A stretch of 64,000 nucleotides of DNA, from NCBI GenBank assembly GCA_038064195.1, contig JBBTTO010000002.1:141356-205355 (forward strand). Direction: 5' to 3'. This DNA comes from Patescibacteria group bacterium (GTDB lineage: Bacteria > Patescibacteriota > Microgenomatia > Levybacterales > UBA12049). A program made the position numbers and the translations under genes. Of the stretch, positions 55,529 to 64,000 are shown in pieces. Positions within the stretch are counted from its first letter, which is position 1. Every line of letters begins with the position of its first letter. A model generated the notes under the pieces. That model was not told where the DNA came from, did no database searches, and saw nothing but the letters and a program-made list of their open reading frames with translations.

Positions 55529-57709
55529 TTGATTGCTAAACCGTGCTATATTTCAGGTATGGACGGTAATAATCTTCAAGATTTACTCAAACCCTTATCC
55601 CCCCAAGACGCGCTTAAGAAATTCACGCTCAATCTCACTGATGATGCCAGATCTGCCAAGATAGATCCGGTTATCGGGCGTGAAGGAGAAATACGACGTG
55701 TCATGGAAATCCTCTCAAGGCGTTCTAAAAATAATCCCATCCTCATCGGAGATCCCGGTGTCGGTAAGACTGCTATTGTTGAAGGTCTTGCTCAAAAAAT
55801 CGTCAACGGAGATGTTCCCACGCCACTAAAAAACAAAGAGCTGATAGTCCTCGATTTTGCCTTGTTACTTGCAGGTGCCAAATTCAGAGGAGAATTTGAA
55901 GAGCGCTTAAAAGGAGTTATCAAGGCAGTTGAGGAGGGTCAGGGTAAATATATTATTTTCATTGACGAGCTGCATACGCTTGTCGGAGGCGGAGCAGCTG
56001 AAGGAGCGGTAGATGCGGCTAATATCCTTAAGCCCTCTCTTGCCCGCGGTACGCTGCGTATGATAGGAGCTACGACCGTTGGTGAATACAGGAAATATAT
56101 TGAGAAAGACGCTGCTCTGGCCAGGCGTTTTCAGCCTGTGATGGTTCCGGAACCGACAGTTGAAGATACCATCTCAATTTTGCGTGGCATTAAGGAAAAA
56201 TACGAGCTTCATCACGGTATCCGGATAACTGATGATGCAATTATTGCCGCCGCAAGACTGTCGGCACAATACATCTCCCAACGTTTTTTGCCGGATAAGG
56301 CCATAGATCTTATCGATGAGGCAGCTGCGGCGATTAAGATTGAGACAGAGAGTATGCCCTCTGAGCTGGATACCCTCAAGCGTAAAATAACACAACTTGA
56401 GATTGAGTTGGCGGCTCTTAAAAAGGAAAAAACAGATGGCGGAGCCAAAAACAGAAAAGAACAGGCAGAAAAAGAGCTGGTCATTCTTAAAGAGCAAGCT
56501 TTAACGTTAGAAAAGCGTTGGGAAGAACAAAAAGAAATCATCAAAAAAATTCAGGCGATGCGGGCAAAGATTGACGGACTGCGTATTGAGCTTGAGAAAG
56601 CCGAACGCGATGTTGATCTGCAGAAAGCAGCTGAGATAAAATTTGGGCAACTCCCCGATCTTGAGAAGCAACTAGCAGCTCTTACGGAAGAGTGGCTGAA
56701 GATTCCGGAGGAGAAACGGGTACTCAGGGAAGAGGTTGATGATAATGATATTGCCCGTGTTGTCAGTCGCTGGACGGGTATTCCTGCAAGTCGTATTCTT
56801 TCAACTGAGGCAGAACGGTTGGTCAATCTTGAGGAGGAGCTGACAAAACATGTCGTCGGACAAGAGGAGGCTGTCAGTGTCGTCTCTCGGGCGATCAGGC
56901 GATCAAGATCAGGGCTTGGTGAGAAAAATCGTCCGATCGGGTCATTTCTTTTCCTGGGGCCGACAGGGGTCGGTAAGACCGAAACGGCCAAGGCATTAGC
57001 GACAATACTTTTTAGTGATCCGCACGCAATAACCCGTATCGATATGACAGAATATCAGGAGCCCCACAGTGTCGCCAGGCTTATCGGAGCTCCCCCGGGG
57101 TACGTCGGGTATGAAGAGGGAGGCCAGTTAACTGAGGCTGTAAGAAGGCGTCCTTACTCGATAGTATTGCTTGACGAAATTGAGAAAGCCCATCCGCAAG
57201 TATTTAATGTTTTTCTCCAGCTTTTTGATGAGGGAAGGCTGACAGACAGCAAGGGAATGGTCGTTGATTTTAAAAATACGATTATTATTATGACGAGTAA
57301 CTTAGCAGGAGATATTATCCGGGAGAATAGTGGTAAGGATAGATCTCAAATCAAAGATAAAGTTTGGGAAGTATTGCACGGTTATTTTAAGCCGGAGTTT
57401 CTTAATCGGCTTGATTCGGTAGTTATCTTCAACTCATTAGGAGCTAAAGAAGTTGTGGAAATTGCCCGTCAGCAACTGGAGCAGGTGAAAGTAAGGATGG
57501 CTGAAAATGATATCAAGCTTGATATTACCGACAGTTTGATTGATTATTTTGCCGAAGAAGGGTTTGATTCGGTTTTTGGGGCACGACCTTTACGACGTCT
57601 GATTGAGGAAAGGCTGGTCGATGAGATTGCGATACGATTAATAGATGGCTCAATTAAGCCGGGGACAACCATTCATCCTCTTGTCAAAGATGGGAAGATT
57701 ATTTTGTAA
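55529..57709 (+). CDS. clpB: ClpB-like AAA+ chaperone lacking the N-domain
   Basis: 726 aa; two AAA+ modules ([15 protein letters not shown]; [15 protein letters not shown]) and middle coiled-coil. Confidence 0.9.
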   Translation: MIAKPCYISGMDGNNLQDLLKPLSPQDALKKFTLNLTDDARSAKIDPVIGREGEIRRVMEILSRRSKNNPILIGDPGVGKTAIVEGLAQKIVNGDVPTPLKNKELIVLDFALLLAGAKFRGEFEERLKGVIKAVEEGQGKYIIFIDELHTLVGGGAAEGAVDAANILKPSLARGTLRMIGATTVGEYRKYIEKDAALARRFQPVMVPEPTVEDTISILRGIKEKYELHHGIRITDDAIIAAARLSAQYISQRFLPDKAIDLIDEAAAAIKIETESMPSELDTLKRKITQLEIELAALKKEKTDGGAKNRKEQAEKELVILKEQALTLEKRWEEQKEIIKKIQAMRAKIDGLRIELEKAERDVDLQKAAEIKFGQLPDLEKQLAALTEEWLKIPEEKRVLREEVDDNDIARVVSRWTGIPASRILSTEAERLVNLEEELTKHVVGQEEAVSVVSRAIRRSRSGLGEKNRPIGSFLFLGPTGVGKTETAKALATILFSDPHAITRIDMTEYQEPHSVARLIGAPPGYVGYEEGGQLTEAVRRRPYSIVLLDEIEKAHPQVFNVFLQLFDEGRLTDSKGMVVDFKNTIIIMTSNLAGDIIRENSGKDRSQIKDKVWEVLHGYFKPEFLNRLDSVVIFNSLGAKEVVEIARQQLEQVKVRMAENDIKLDITDSLIDYFAEEGFDSVFGARPLRRLIEERLVDEIAIRLIDGSIKPGTTIHPLVKDGKIIL

Positions 57710-57725
57710 TTGTTAAATTGCTTCA

Positions 57726-58379
57726 TTGTTGTTAAACTCGTTCATGATGAAGCCTTGTAGAAATTGTGGCGCTGAGCTTATCATTCGACAAACAAAGCGA
57801 AGTCCTGAACAACTCAAAAAGCAATATTATTACACTGCTTATTATTTCTGTCCAAAGTGCGGAAGAATGTATTTTAGCGACACGTATAAAGTAATAAATA
57901 ACAACTACGATCTCTTTACGGGGGGGAATAATGTGACAACTGGAATATATGACGTTGAAATATGGACAGACGGAGCCTCAAGTAATAATGGTAAACCACA
58001 TGCAAAAGCTGCCTGGGCTTTTGTGGCATCGACCAAAGGCCGATCGTCCTCTGGGCGAGGCGATTATGAAGAAGCAGGGATCGTTGATGGTAAACAAACA
58101 AATAATCGCGGTGAAGCCTGGGCTATTTATCATGCTTTGAAATGGGCTGCTACCAAAGGGCATAAGCGTGTTCGGATTCATACAGACAGTCAAATTACGA
58201 TCCATGGAGTGACTAAGCCACCAGAAAAGGTTAAAGAAAATCGGGATATTTTCCAGCAAATCCATGCGGTTGTCAGCCAAAATCAGCTACAGGTTGATTA
58301 TCAAAAAGTACTTGGTCATTCGGGTGATCACAATAACGAACGGGCTGATCAACTCGCCGTCAGGTTAACCCTACAATAG
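57726..58379 (+). CDS. rnhA: Ribonuclease HI with N-terminal zinc ribbon
   Basis: 217 aa; CRNCGAEL...CPKCGRMYF; RNase H core EIWTDGASSNNG...NNRGEAWAIYHALKWA...IHTDSQ. Confidence 0.85.
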   Translation: MLLNSFMMKPCRNCGAELIIRQTKRSPEQLKKQYYYTAYYFCPKCGRMYFSDTYKVINNNYDLFTGGNNVTTGIYDVEIWTDGASSNNGKPHAKAAWAFVASTKGRSSSGRGDYEEAGIVDGKQTNNRGEAWAIYHALKWAATKGHKRVRIHTDSQITIHGVTKPPEKVKENRDIFQQIHAVVSQNQLQVDYQKVLGHSGDHNNERADQLAVRLTLQ

Positions 58380-58396
58380 AGTGCTATACTCTGGTT

Positions 58397-59728
58397 GTGA
58401 AAGAAGTATACCCACTCCCAATCCCCAGTCAGATTGATGCAGGAGAACAACAGAGGTTTTCTAGAAGAGCATTTGTTGGAGGTGGAGCGGGGTTAGTTCT
58501 TGCTGGTGGTGGTGTACTTGGAGGATTGGGAGCTAGAGAGTACCTATTTCAACCAGAAGATTATCATGCCGTTGATGCATATTTACAAGCAAGAGGATTT
58601 CCCAAAACCTCAATTGGAAGAGAGAGGTTTAATGAACTTGTTCCTAACTACTACAACACCCTTTTATCAACCGGAGAACATAACCTTGATATAAATATAG
58701 TTAACGAGCCAGATGTCCTAGCTGAAGTCTCATTTAATCTTCCCAAAGATGAATTAGTATACGTAACAATTAAAACTAATCCACAGGGGAACTTACAGGT
58801 AGTTGAAGCTCAACATAATGGGCAAGAATCCGAGATAGGTATTCTAGAGACTGGTATCAATAGTCAGGGGAAATTCTCACTTGGAGAGATATCTGGAGAA
58901 CAGTATCTTCGCCTCATGCGAACAAGCGCAGGTAAGGATGTAAAGATCGATTCAATCACTGTTCATGCCCTTCAAGGAGATCCTTTATTCAAGACCATTA
59001 TGCGATGTTCTCCTACGATGGGTATGCGACTGGATAATTACCAGCGTTTCCTCAGGGCCTTAACGGATGAAGAACAGGCCGAGGCTTTGACTAACGATAT
59101 GTTACTTGCTTTACCGGTTGAGATACGGGAAAACGATAAAGAACAACTTGCTCTTATTTACTGGGGACTTTATTCAGCCGAGGATGGCGGCTGGGGGAAA
59201 GACCCTGAGAAAATGTATCACCGAACAAAGGGCCATCGTTTATTTGATTCCGATATAGCTCAGATTGTCATCACGGATTTACGAAGTAATATTTTTGAAA
59301 CAGCTCATCAAGAAGACAATCAGAGTGGCAAGCATCAAATGAAAGTAGACTTTACCTCACCTGAGGCTGTTGCTCCATTTGACCTAGTACTTCATTCAGT
59401 TCCTAATCATGGTATGGTTGGCGTAGATCTGGAAGTAGTACCTAATGATCCTGCACTTATTGCACTTGGTTTTGAAAGTTATATCGGTCAACCTATTTCC
59501 AAAGTTATGCGACCAACTCCTATTATTGATCTTTTGATGCCGGAGGGAGCTGTTGCTGATATGTATTGGGGGGCAAGAGTAAATGCGTTGAAGGAAAATA
59601 TCCGGGAAGCTAATAGAGCTCTAGCACTAACAAGACAGATGCGTAACGTAGCAGGTGAAAGGCAGATGGAAGTTAGACTCGAGTTTCTTAATGAAAAATT
59701 ACAAGAAGAATATCGATTAGCTGCATAA
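58397..59728 (+). CDS. Hypothetical protein with twin-arginine-like N-terminus
   Basis: 443 aa; QQRFSRRAFVGGGAGLVLAGGGVLGG; no domain recognised. Confidence 0.7.
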   Translation: MKEVYPLPIPSQIDAGEQQRFSRRAFVGGGAGLVLAGGGVLGGLGAREYLFQPEDYHAVDAYLQARGFPKTSIGRERFNELVPNYYNTLLSTGEHNLDINIVNEPDVLAEVSFNLPKDELVYVTIKTNPQGNLQVVEAQHNGQESEIGILETGINSQGKFSLGEISGEQYLRLMRTSAGKDVKIDSITVHALQGDPLFKTIMRCSPTMGMRLDNYQRFLRALTDEEQAEALTNDMLLALPVEIRENDKEQLALIYWGLYSAEDGGWGKDPEKMYHRTKGHRLFDSDIAQIVITDLRSNIFETAHQEDNQSGKHQMKVDFTSPEAVAPFDLVLHSVPNHGMVGVDLEVVPNDPALIALGFESYIGQPISKVMRPTPIIDLLMPEGAVADMYWGARVNALKENIREANRALALTRQMRNVAGERQMEVRLEFLNEKLQEEYRLAA

Positions 59729-59811
59729 ATAACAATACAGATACTAAACAAGAGGTAAGCCGTATTTTTGGTAGAGTAGTTGCGGCTTATTAGATTAGGT
59801 ATACTATATGT

Positions 59812-60375
59812 ATGCTTTACGTTGGAGTTTTGATTTTGGTTACAATTTTCCTCCTTCTTTTTCTTCTCTCTATGGTCTGGCCTCCTGATAGTCCCTGGTC
59901 ACCATGGTGGAGAACAAATGGTAAAGTCGCACGTGCTATTGTGGATCTCGCAAAGATTACAAAAAAGGATGTAATCTACGATTTGGGCTGTGGTGACGGG
60001 ACAGCGCTCATAACTGCTGCCAAACTCAAAGAGGCTCACGGAGTCGGCATAGAAATTGATCCATCCCGTTCACTGATAGCTAAGCTACGTGTTTTGGCTC
60101 ATGGATTGAGTTCAAAAATTACGATTAAAAGGAGGGATTTATTTAAAGAAGACATTTCAGAAGCAACAGTAATTATCGTATATCTCATCCCCAAAGCCCT
60201 TAATCAACTTGAAGCCAAATTTAAAAAAGAATTGAGACCCGGAACACGAATAGTGAGTTATGTCTATCCGATTACTTATCTTCCTCAGAAAGCATCTGAC
60301 GCAAAACATCAGCTCATGCTCTATGAAATCCCTTTCTCGTCTAAAATTAGCAGCGGAAAAAAGAGACAGAGTTAA
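59812..60375 (+). CDS. Membrane-anchored class I SAM-dependent methyltransferase
   Basis: 187 aa; N-terminal TM; motif I YDLGCGDGTALITAA. Confidence 0.75.
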   Translation: MLYVGVLILVTIFLLLFLLSMVWPPDSPWSPWWRTNGKVARAIVDLAKITKKDVIYDLGCGDGTALITAAKLKEAHGVGIEIDPSRSLIAKLRVLAHGLSSKITIKRRDLFKEDISEATVIIVYLIPKALNQLEAKFKKELRPGTRIVSYVYPITYLPQKASDAKHQLMLYEIPFSSKISSGKKRQS

Positions 60376-61720
60376 CTATCCCTTCAGAATGGAAGAGAAA
60401 ACGCTTACTTAGAGAACAATACTTTTGCAGTAAGGGTTTATCAACTGCATCGGTTAAACTATCTTCCTGTACCTGTGCTTCAGGATACCACGCACCTGTA
60501 GTTATAACGAGTGCATGCGTATTGATAGCGTCCTGTGTTAATTTGTCCGCTCGTAAATATCCTTTGCGAAAAATATTATCATTAGTATCAACGAGGTTAT
60601 TGAGAAGCGGTGTTTTGCTCAAATAGGACAGAGCCGGAGTAATACCATTAACACCATAAAGATATGCTGGTTTTTCAGCCTTAATAGTTTTGAGCATATT
60701 TTCTATAGGGAGGCGCTGGAGGTTAGCATAGCCTGAAAAATACGTTAAGAGATTATAGATAATAAAAACAAGTCCTATGGTCGGGAACAAAAACCGGTTG
60801 AGAGAAACGTGTTTCTTGAGTTCATCTATAAGAGGTAATGACGACAGACAAAGAAACGGCAGGGTAACATTGAAATAAAGATAATAGACATCTTTATACA
60901 CCAGGAAAAACAATATACTCAGCAATGAAAAAACGCTCAGAAAACGTTGTTTTCTAAAGAGGAAGAGACTGCTGATAAGAAGCAGGACAAAGATAAAGTC
61001 ATGGTTTAGTATGAACCAGAAAATCTCATTTTTCTGTATTCCCTGCGAACGAGTCAAGGAGTACATAAAAACATCACGCCACAATCCTTGTCGTGCAAAA
61101 AGGAGAGACGGAAGAAGGATTAGTCCGCCAGCGCTTACTCCTCCATAAATAAAGGTTAAAAGTTGTTTTTTGTTTTGCAGGAAAAGAACGACTAGATAGG
61201 TAATCAGCAGGGGTAGGGTGTAAGCTTTCGTGAGTAGTGCTAGGGCCACACAGATTCCGACAAGAAAGTATCTCTTTTTTTGAAACAAAATATAGCTTGA
61301 GAGACTGAAGAGGGCCGCCAGGAAGACCCCCGTCTGGTGATCAGATGTCGAGAGAATCATAAATGAAAAAAGGTAGAGTGCGCTGGTGAGTGTCGCAGAA
61401 AGACGTGAAGATGTCTGGTAATGGGTAAACCAATATAATACTCCTCCGGTCAATATAACCTCAAGAGTAGCCGTAAAGTAATAAAAGAGGAGGTTACCTC
61501 CGGAAACAATATAATAGAAGGCAGCTGCATAGGGGATGAGCGGGAAATTAGTAAAGAAAATATCTTTATATAGTATTTTCCCTAAGAGAAGTTCTTTGGC
61601 TGTATAAAAATAAATGTTGGTATCTGACGCGCGAATTCCTAAAGAATGGAGTTTAATAGCAGTAAAAAGTATTGCTAAGACAAAAAATGGGTACCAAACG
61701 TACAGAAATGATTTCCTCAT
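60347..61720 (-). CDS. Polytopic membrane glycosyltransferase-like protein (GT-C fold)
   Basis: 457 aa, 10 or more TM helices; the N-terminal-loop pattern resembles the 1..1374 protein. Confidence 0.7.
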   Translation of the reverse strand: MRKSFLYVWYPFFVLAILFTAIKLHSLGIRASDTNIYFYTAKELLLGKILYKDIFFTNFPLIPYAAAFYYIVSGGNLLFYYFTATLEVILTGGVLYWFTHYQTSSRLSATLTSALYLFSFMILSTSDHQTGVFLAALFSLSSYILFQKKRYFLVGICVALALLTKAYTLPLLITYLVVLFLQNKKQLLTFIYGGVSAGGLILLPSLLFARQGLWRDVFMYSLTRSQGIQKNEIFWFILNHDFIFVLLLISSLFLFRKQRFLSVFSLLSILFFLVYKDVYYLYFNVTLPFLCLSSLPLIDELKKHVSLNRFLFPTIGLVFIIYNLLTYFSGYANLQRLPIENMLKTIKAEKPAYLYGVNGITPALSYLSKTPLLNNLVDTNDNIFRKGYLRADKLTQDAINTHALVITTGAWYPEAQVQEDSLTDAVDKPLLQKYCSLSKRFLFHSEGIVNSVSFFRC

Positions 61721-63327
61721 GGTGTTTTTTTCAATTGCTTAAGAAGGTCCAAAAATTGAGGGTTATATGTACCAAGCTGTTTGAGACCTGTCTCAACAAA
61801 ACCTATTCCTTGCTGGTTTTGTGTGATTTTATACATGGAAAAGAGTTTGATATAGGCGAGGTAAAAGGCAGGATCAATTTTTAGCGCGGCTTTATATTCT
61901 GCCTCAGCGCTCATGGTGTCGTTGAGTGCAAAATAGGAATTACCTAAATTATAATGAGACTCGGCATACGTATCCTGAAGTTTAATCGCTTTTTTGTAAT
62001 TTGCTATGGCATTTTTATTGTCGCCATTTTCGGCGTATACCATAGCCAGATTGTTGTATGCTCGTGGACTCTGAACATGAGAGAGAGTTTGGTTGTAGAA
62101 AGTAATAGGATCATGCCATTCCCCGTTGCGTGCAATCGTTCGCAGGGAGAGTAAAAGAATAATAATGACTAATAAAAAATCCAAGCAGAAGATAAGTTTT
62201 TGGGGAGATTTACGATATAACCATAACCATATAAAAGAAAATAGCAGAAAGAAGCCAACCGATGGGAAATAAAGAAAGTGTTCATAGAAGATACCGTTAA
62301 TCGGGATAATTCCGCTCGTTGGAATAAAAGTAATTCCGATCCAGAGAAAACTAAAGAGAATTACCGGAGATGTTTTTCTTTTTAATACTCCCAGGGCAAC
62401 TCCGGTCATGAGCCCCAAAACGCTCAGGACAGATGAGAATGTCGGAGAGGTAATTATTTGTACTTCCTCGTCGCGTTCCATAAATAAATTCTTCGGGAAG
62501 CCCAAAAGCCCTATATAGGTCGGGAGGAGGTTGAAAAAAGTAGATAATCTCACAAAGAGGCTACTCGAGTAGGCAGTTGTTGTTTTGTAGAAGTTGAGGG
62601 TATTGTCAAAATTAAGAACTGTTAACCGTAATAAAAAATACCCGCCGGCTAATAATGCATAGGGAAGAGTGCGGATAATACTTTTTTTGATAGCATTTCC
62701 TGATAGTTTTTCTTGTGAGAAAAGAATAACGAGGAAAATAAGCCCCGGTGTCATGAGCGCAATTTCTTTTGAAAGGAGTGCCAGAATAAAACACACGAGA
62801 GAAAGAATCGTTATTTTCATTTTTTTTGTCATTGATGCATAGAGACTGAGGACGATGAATAAGAATGATAATGGGTCTCCCCTTCCGGATATATAGGCCA
62901 CGGCTTCTGTCTGGACGGGGTGAATAAGAAAAAGAAGCGCTGTTAAAAACGAGAGGGATTTATTCTTAAATAATTTTAAGAGGAGTAAGAAAAGTACTAT
63001 CCCGCCTGCTGTGTGGATAATAAAACTATCAAAATGATAGATAAAACCATTGTCTTTTAAAAGCTGGTATTCGATGCTGAATCCCGAAAATAAAACCGGA
63101 CGATAATAATTACTCAATTTGCCGCCACCTGACACAAGACTTTTCCCGAAAAGATTATTGATATCGAAAGATTTTACCGCCTGGTTATTATAGATAAAGT
63201 GCTCATCGTCAAAGAAAAGACCGTTCCAAAACGTATTGCTATAACAAAAAAGTGTTATAAGGAAGAGTAATGAGGCTAAGTAGAAGTTGTTTAGCCGCGT
63301 GAGGTGGTTTAGCAGAGATTTAGACAT
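61717..63327 (-). CDS. PMT_2/TMTC-like GT-C membrane glycosyltransferase with C-terminal TPR repeats
   Basis: 536 aa; FFDDEHFI (DE motif in first loop), multiple TMs. C-terminal TPRs AYNNLAMVYAENGDNKNAIANYKKAIKL, ...HYNLGNSYFALNDTMSAEAEYKAALKIDP. Confidence 0.75.
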   Translation of the reverse strand: MSKSLLNHLTRLNNFYLASLLFLITLFCYSNTFWNGLFFDDEHFIYNNQAVKSFDINNLFGKSLVSGGGKLSNYYRPVLFSGFSIEYQLLKDNGFIYHFDSFIIHTAGGIVLFLLLLKLFKNKSLSFLTALLFLIHPVQTEAVAYISGRGDPLSFLFIVLSLYASMTKKMKITILSLVCFILALLSKEIALMTPGLIFLVILFSQEKLSGNAIKKSIIRTLPYALLAGGYFLLRLTVLNFDNTLNFYKTTTAYSSSLFVRLSTFFNLLPTYIGLLGFPKNLFMERDEEVQIITSPTFSSVLSVLGLMTGVALGVLKRKTSPVILFSFLWIGITFIPTSGIIPINGIFYEHFLYFPSVGFFLLFSFIWLWLYRKSPQKLIFCLDFLLVIIILLLSLRTIARNGEWHDPITFYNQTLSHVQSPRAYNNLAMVYAENGDNKNAIANYKKAIKLQDTYAESHYNLGNSYFALNDTMSAEAEYKAALKIDPAFYLAYIKLFSMYKITQNQQGIGFVETGLKQLGTYNPQFLDLLKQLKKTP

Positions 63328-63345
63328 AGGGAAATTAAATCAATT

Positions 63346-64000
63346 TTATTTGATTTTGAGGTACAACCACCTGAGCTTATCCAGGGCCTTGTATATAAAA
63401 TATGCAGCCGGATTGATAACCAGGTCATAGCTTCCGATAAATTCCAGATGTTCCGGTCGAAAACCCTGCTTGAATCTATGAAATCCATACCAGCTGTCGT
63501 GTTCGTCAGGTTCCGGGCCTAATGCCCCCCACATATCGAATTTTTTGAGCCCTATTTTTTTACCGAATTTAATAACCTCCCACATCATCAGCGTTGAAGA
63601 CATAGTCTCTCTATGTTCATTACTTGAAGCCCCGTATGGGTAATAAAGAGTATCGTGAAAAACAAAAACGATCCATGTAGTGAGGATTTTCATGTTGTAA
63701 CTTGCGACAAGCAGATGTGAGGATAGCTTATTAAATGGAGGAGTAGCGGTATGCGGCAAGCTCCCCCATTGCTCCCGGTGATAAAGCGGGCTATGTGCAT
63801 AAAATCTTTGACGTTTGGTTGTTTCCTCGGAAAGCTTGAGGTATGTTTCAAATGCATCTGGGGTATCTTTTTCAGAGATGGAGACACTATGTTTTTGGGC
63901 TACTTTAATATTGTAACGAGTCTTGGGATGGAGGTTTTTAAGGAGCTCATCTTCTGATTTAGTCAGATCCAGAACAAAAGTATATTTTGTAAAAAGCGGA
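63346..64000 (-). CDS. FemAB-family peptidyltransferase (partial; N-terminus beyond window end)
   Basis: The same frame stays open from 64000 down to the stop at 63346 (...PLFTKYTFVLDLTKSEDELLKNLHPKTRYNIKVAQKH...WEVIKFGKKIGLKKFDMWG...YGFHRFKQGF...). The track lists only the internal-start sub-ORF 63346..63759. Confidence 0.7.
   Translation of the reverse strand, partial: PLFTKYTFVLDLTKSEDELLKNLHPKTRYNIKVAQKHSVSISEKDTPDAFETYLKLSEETTKRQRFYAHSPLYHREQWGSLPHTATPPFNKLSSHLLVASYNMKILTTWIVFVFHDTLYYPYGASSNEHRETMSSTLMMWEVIKFGKKIGLKKFDMWGALGPEPDEHDSWYGFHRFKQGFRPEHLEFIGSYDLVINPAAYFIYKALDKLRWLYLKIK

Noticed and set aside
1-64000. CRISPR arrays, rRNA genes, IS elements or transposases
   Set aside because: No regularly spaced direct repeats, no rRNA-like sequence and no transposase-like ORFs were seen. 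The only repeats are coding PT tracts and the 55-nt paralog repeats.

Overview
This is a dense, mostly housekeeping chromosomal segment of about 64 kb, moderately AT-rich, read in the standard genetic code. ORFs in the track read cleanly with TAA/TAG/TGA stops. The gene content suggests a Patescibacteria/CPR-like bacterium, but this is an inference and is not proven. Supporting content: an adenosylcobalamin class II ribonucleotide reductase, two tandem class-A PBPs, FemAB, PT-linker surface proteins, GT-C membrane glycosyltransferases with TPR tails, zinc-ribbon RNase H and many small hypothetical genes. Recognisable core genes are ssrA (tmRNA, not in the ORF track) with smpB, a pfkB-rpiB-rpe pentose trio, gap, nrdR-nrdJ, murI, an IMPDH-like gene plus guaA, dnaG-rpoD, a clpB-like gene, truB, msrA, rnhA and three tRNAs. 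The most noteworthy non-housekeeping items follow. (1) A cobalamin riboswitch drives a DUF4430 / ECF-S-component / PduO-adenosyltransferase B12 salvage operon directly after nrdJ, and a second shorter leader shares the same core. (2) A three-gene cluster (Cys-rich 489-aa protein, Pro-rich protein, membrane-anchored VirD4/TraG-like ATPase) lies next to a tRNA and a tyrosine recombinase. (3) Three tandem paralogous secreted proteins share a leader, a Cys-containing domain and PT linkers, and carry about 55-nt DNA direct repeats. (4) An AT-rich islet with two HEPN-like genes sits after tRNA-Asn. (5) Several small genes and RNAs are missed by the ORF track. The track calls GTG/TTG starts as M and takes the longest ORF, so several N-termini are over-extended; truncated edge genes are absent from it. 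Coordinates I derived by counting printed lines may be off by 1 to 2 nt.
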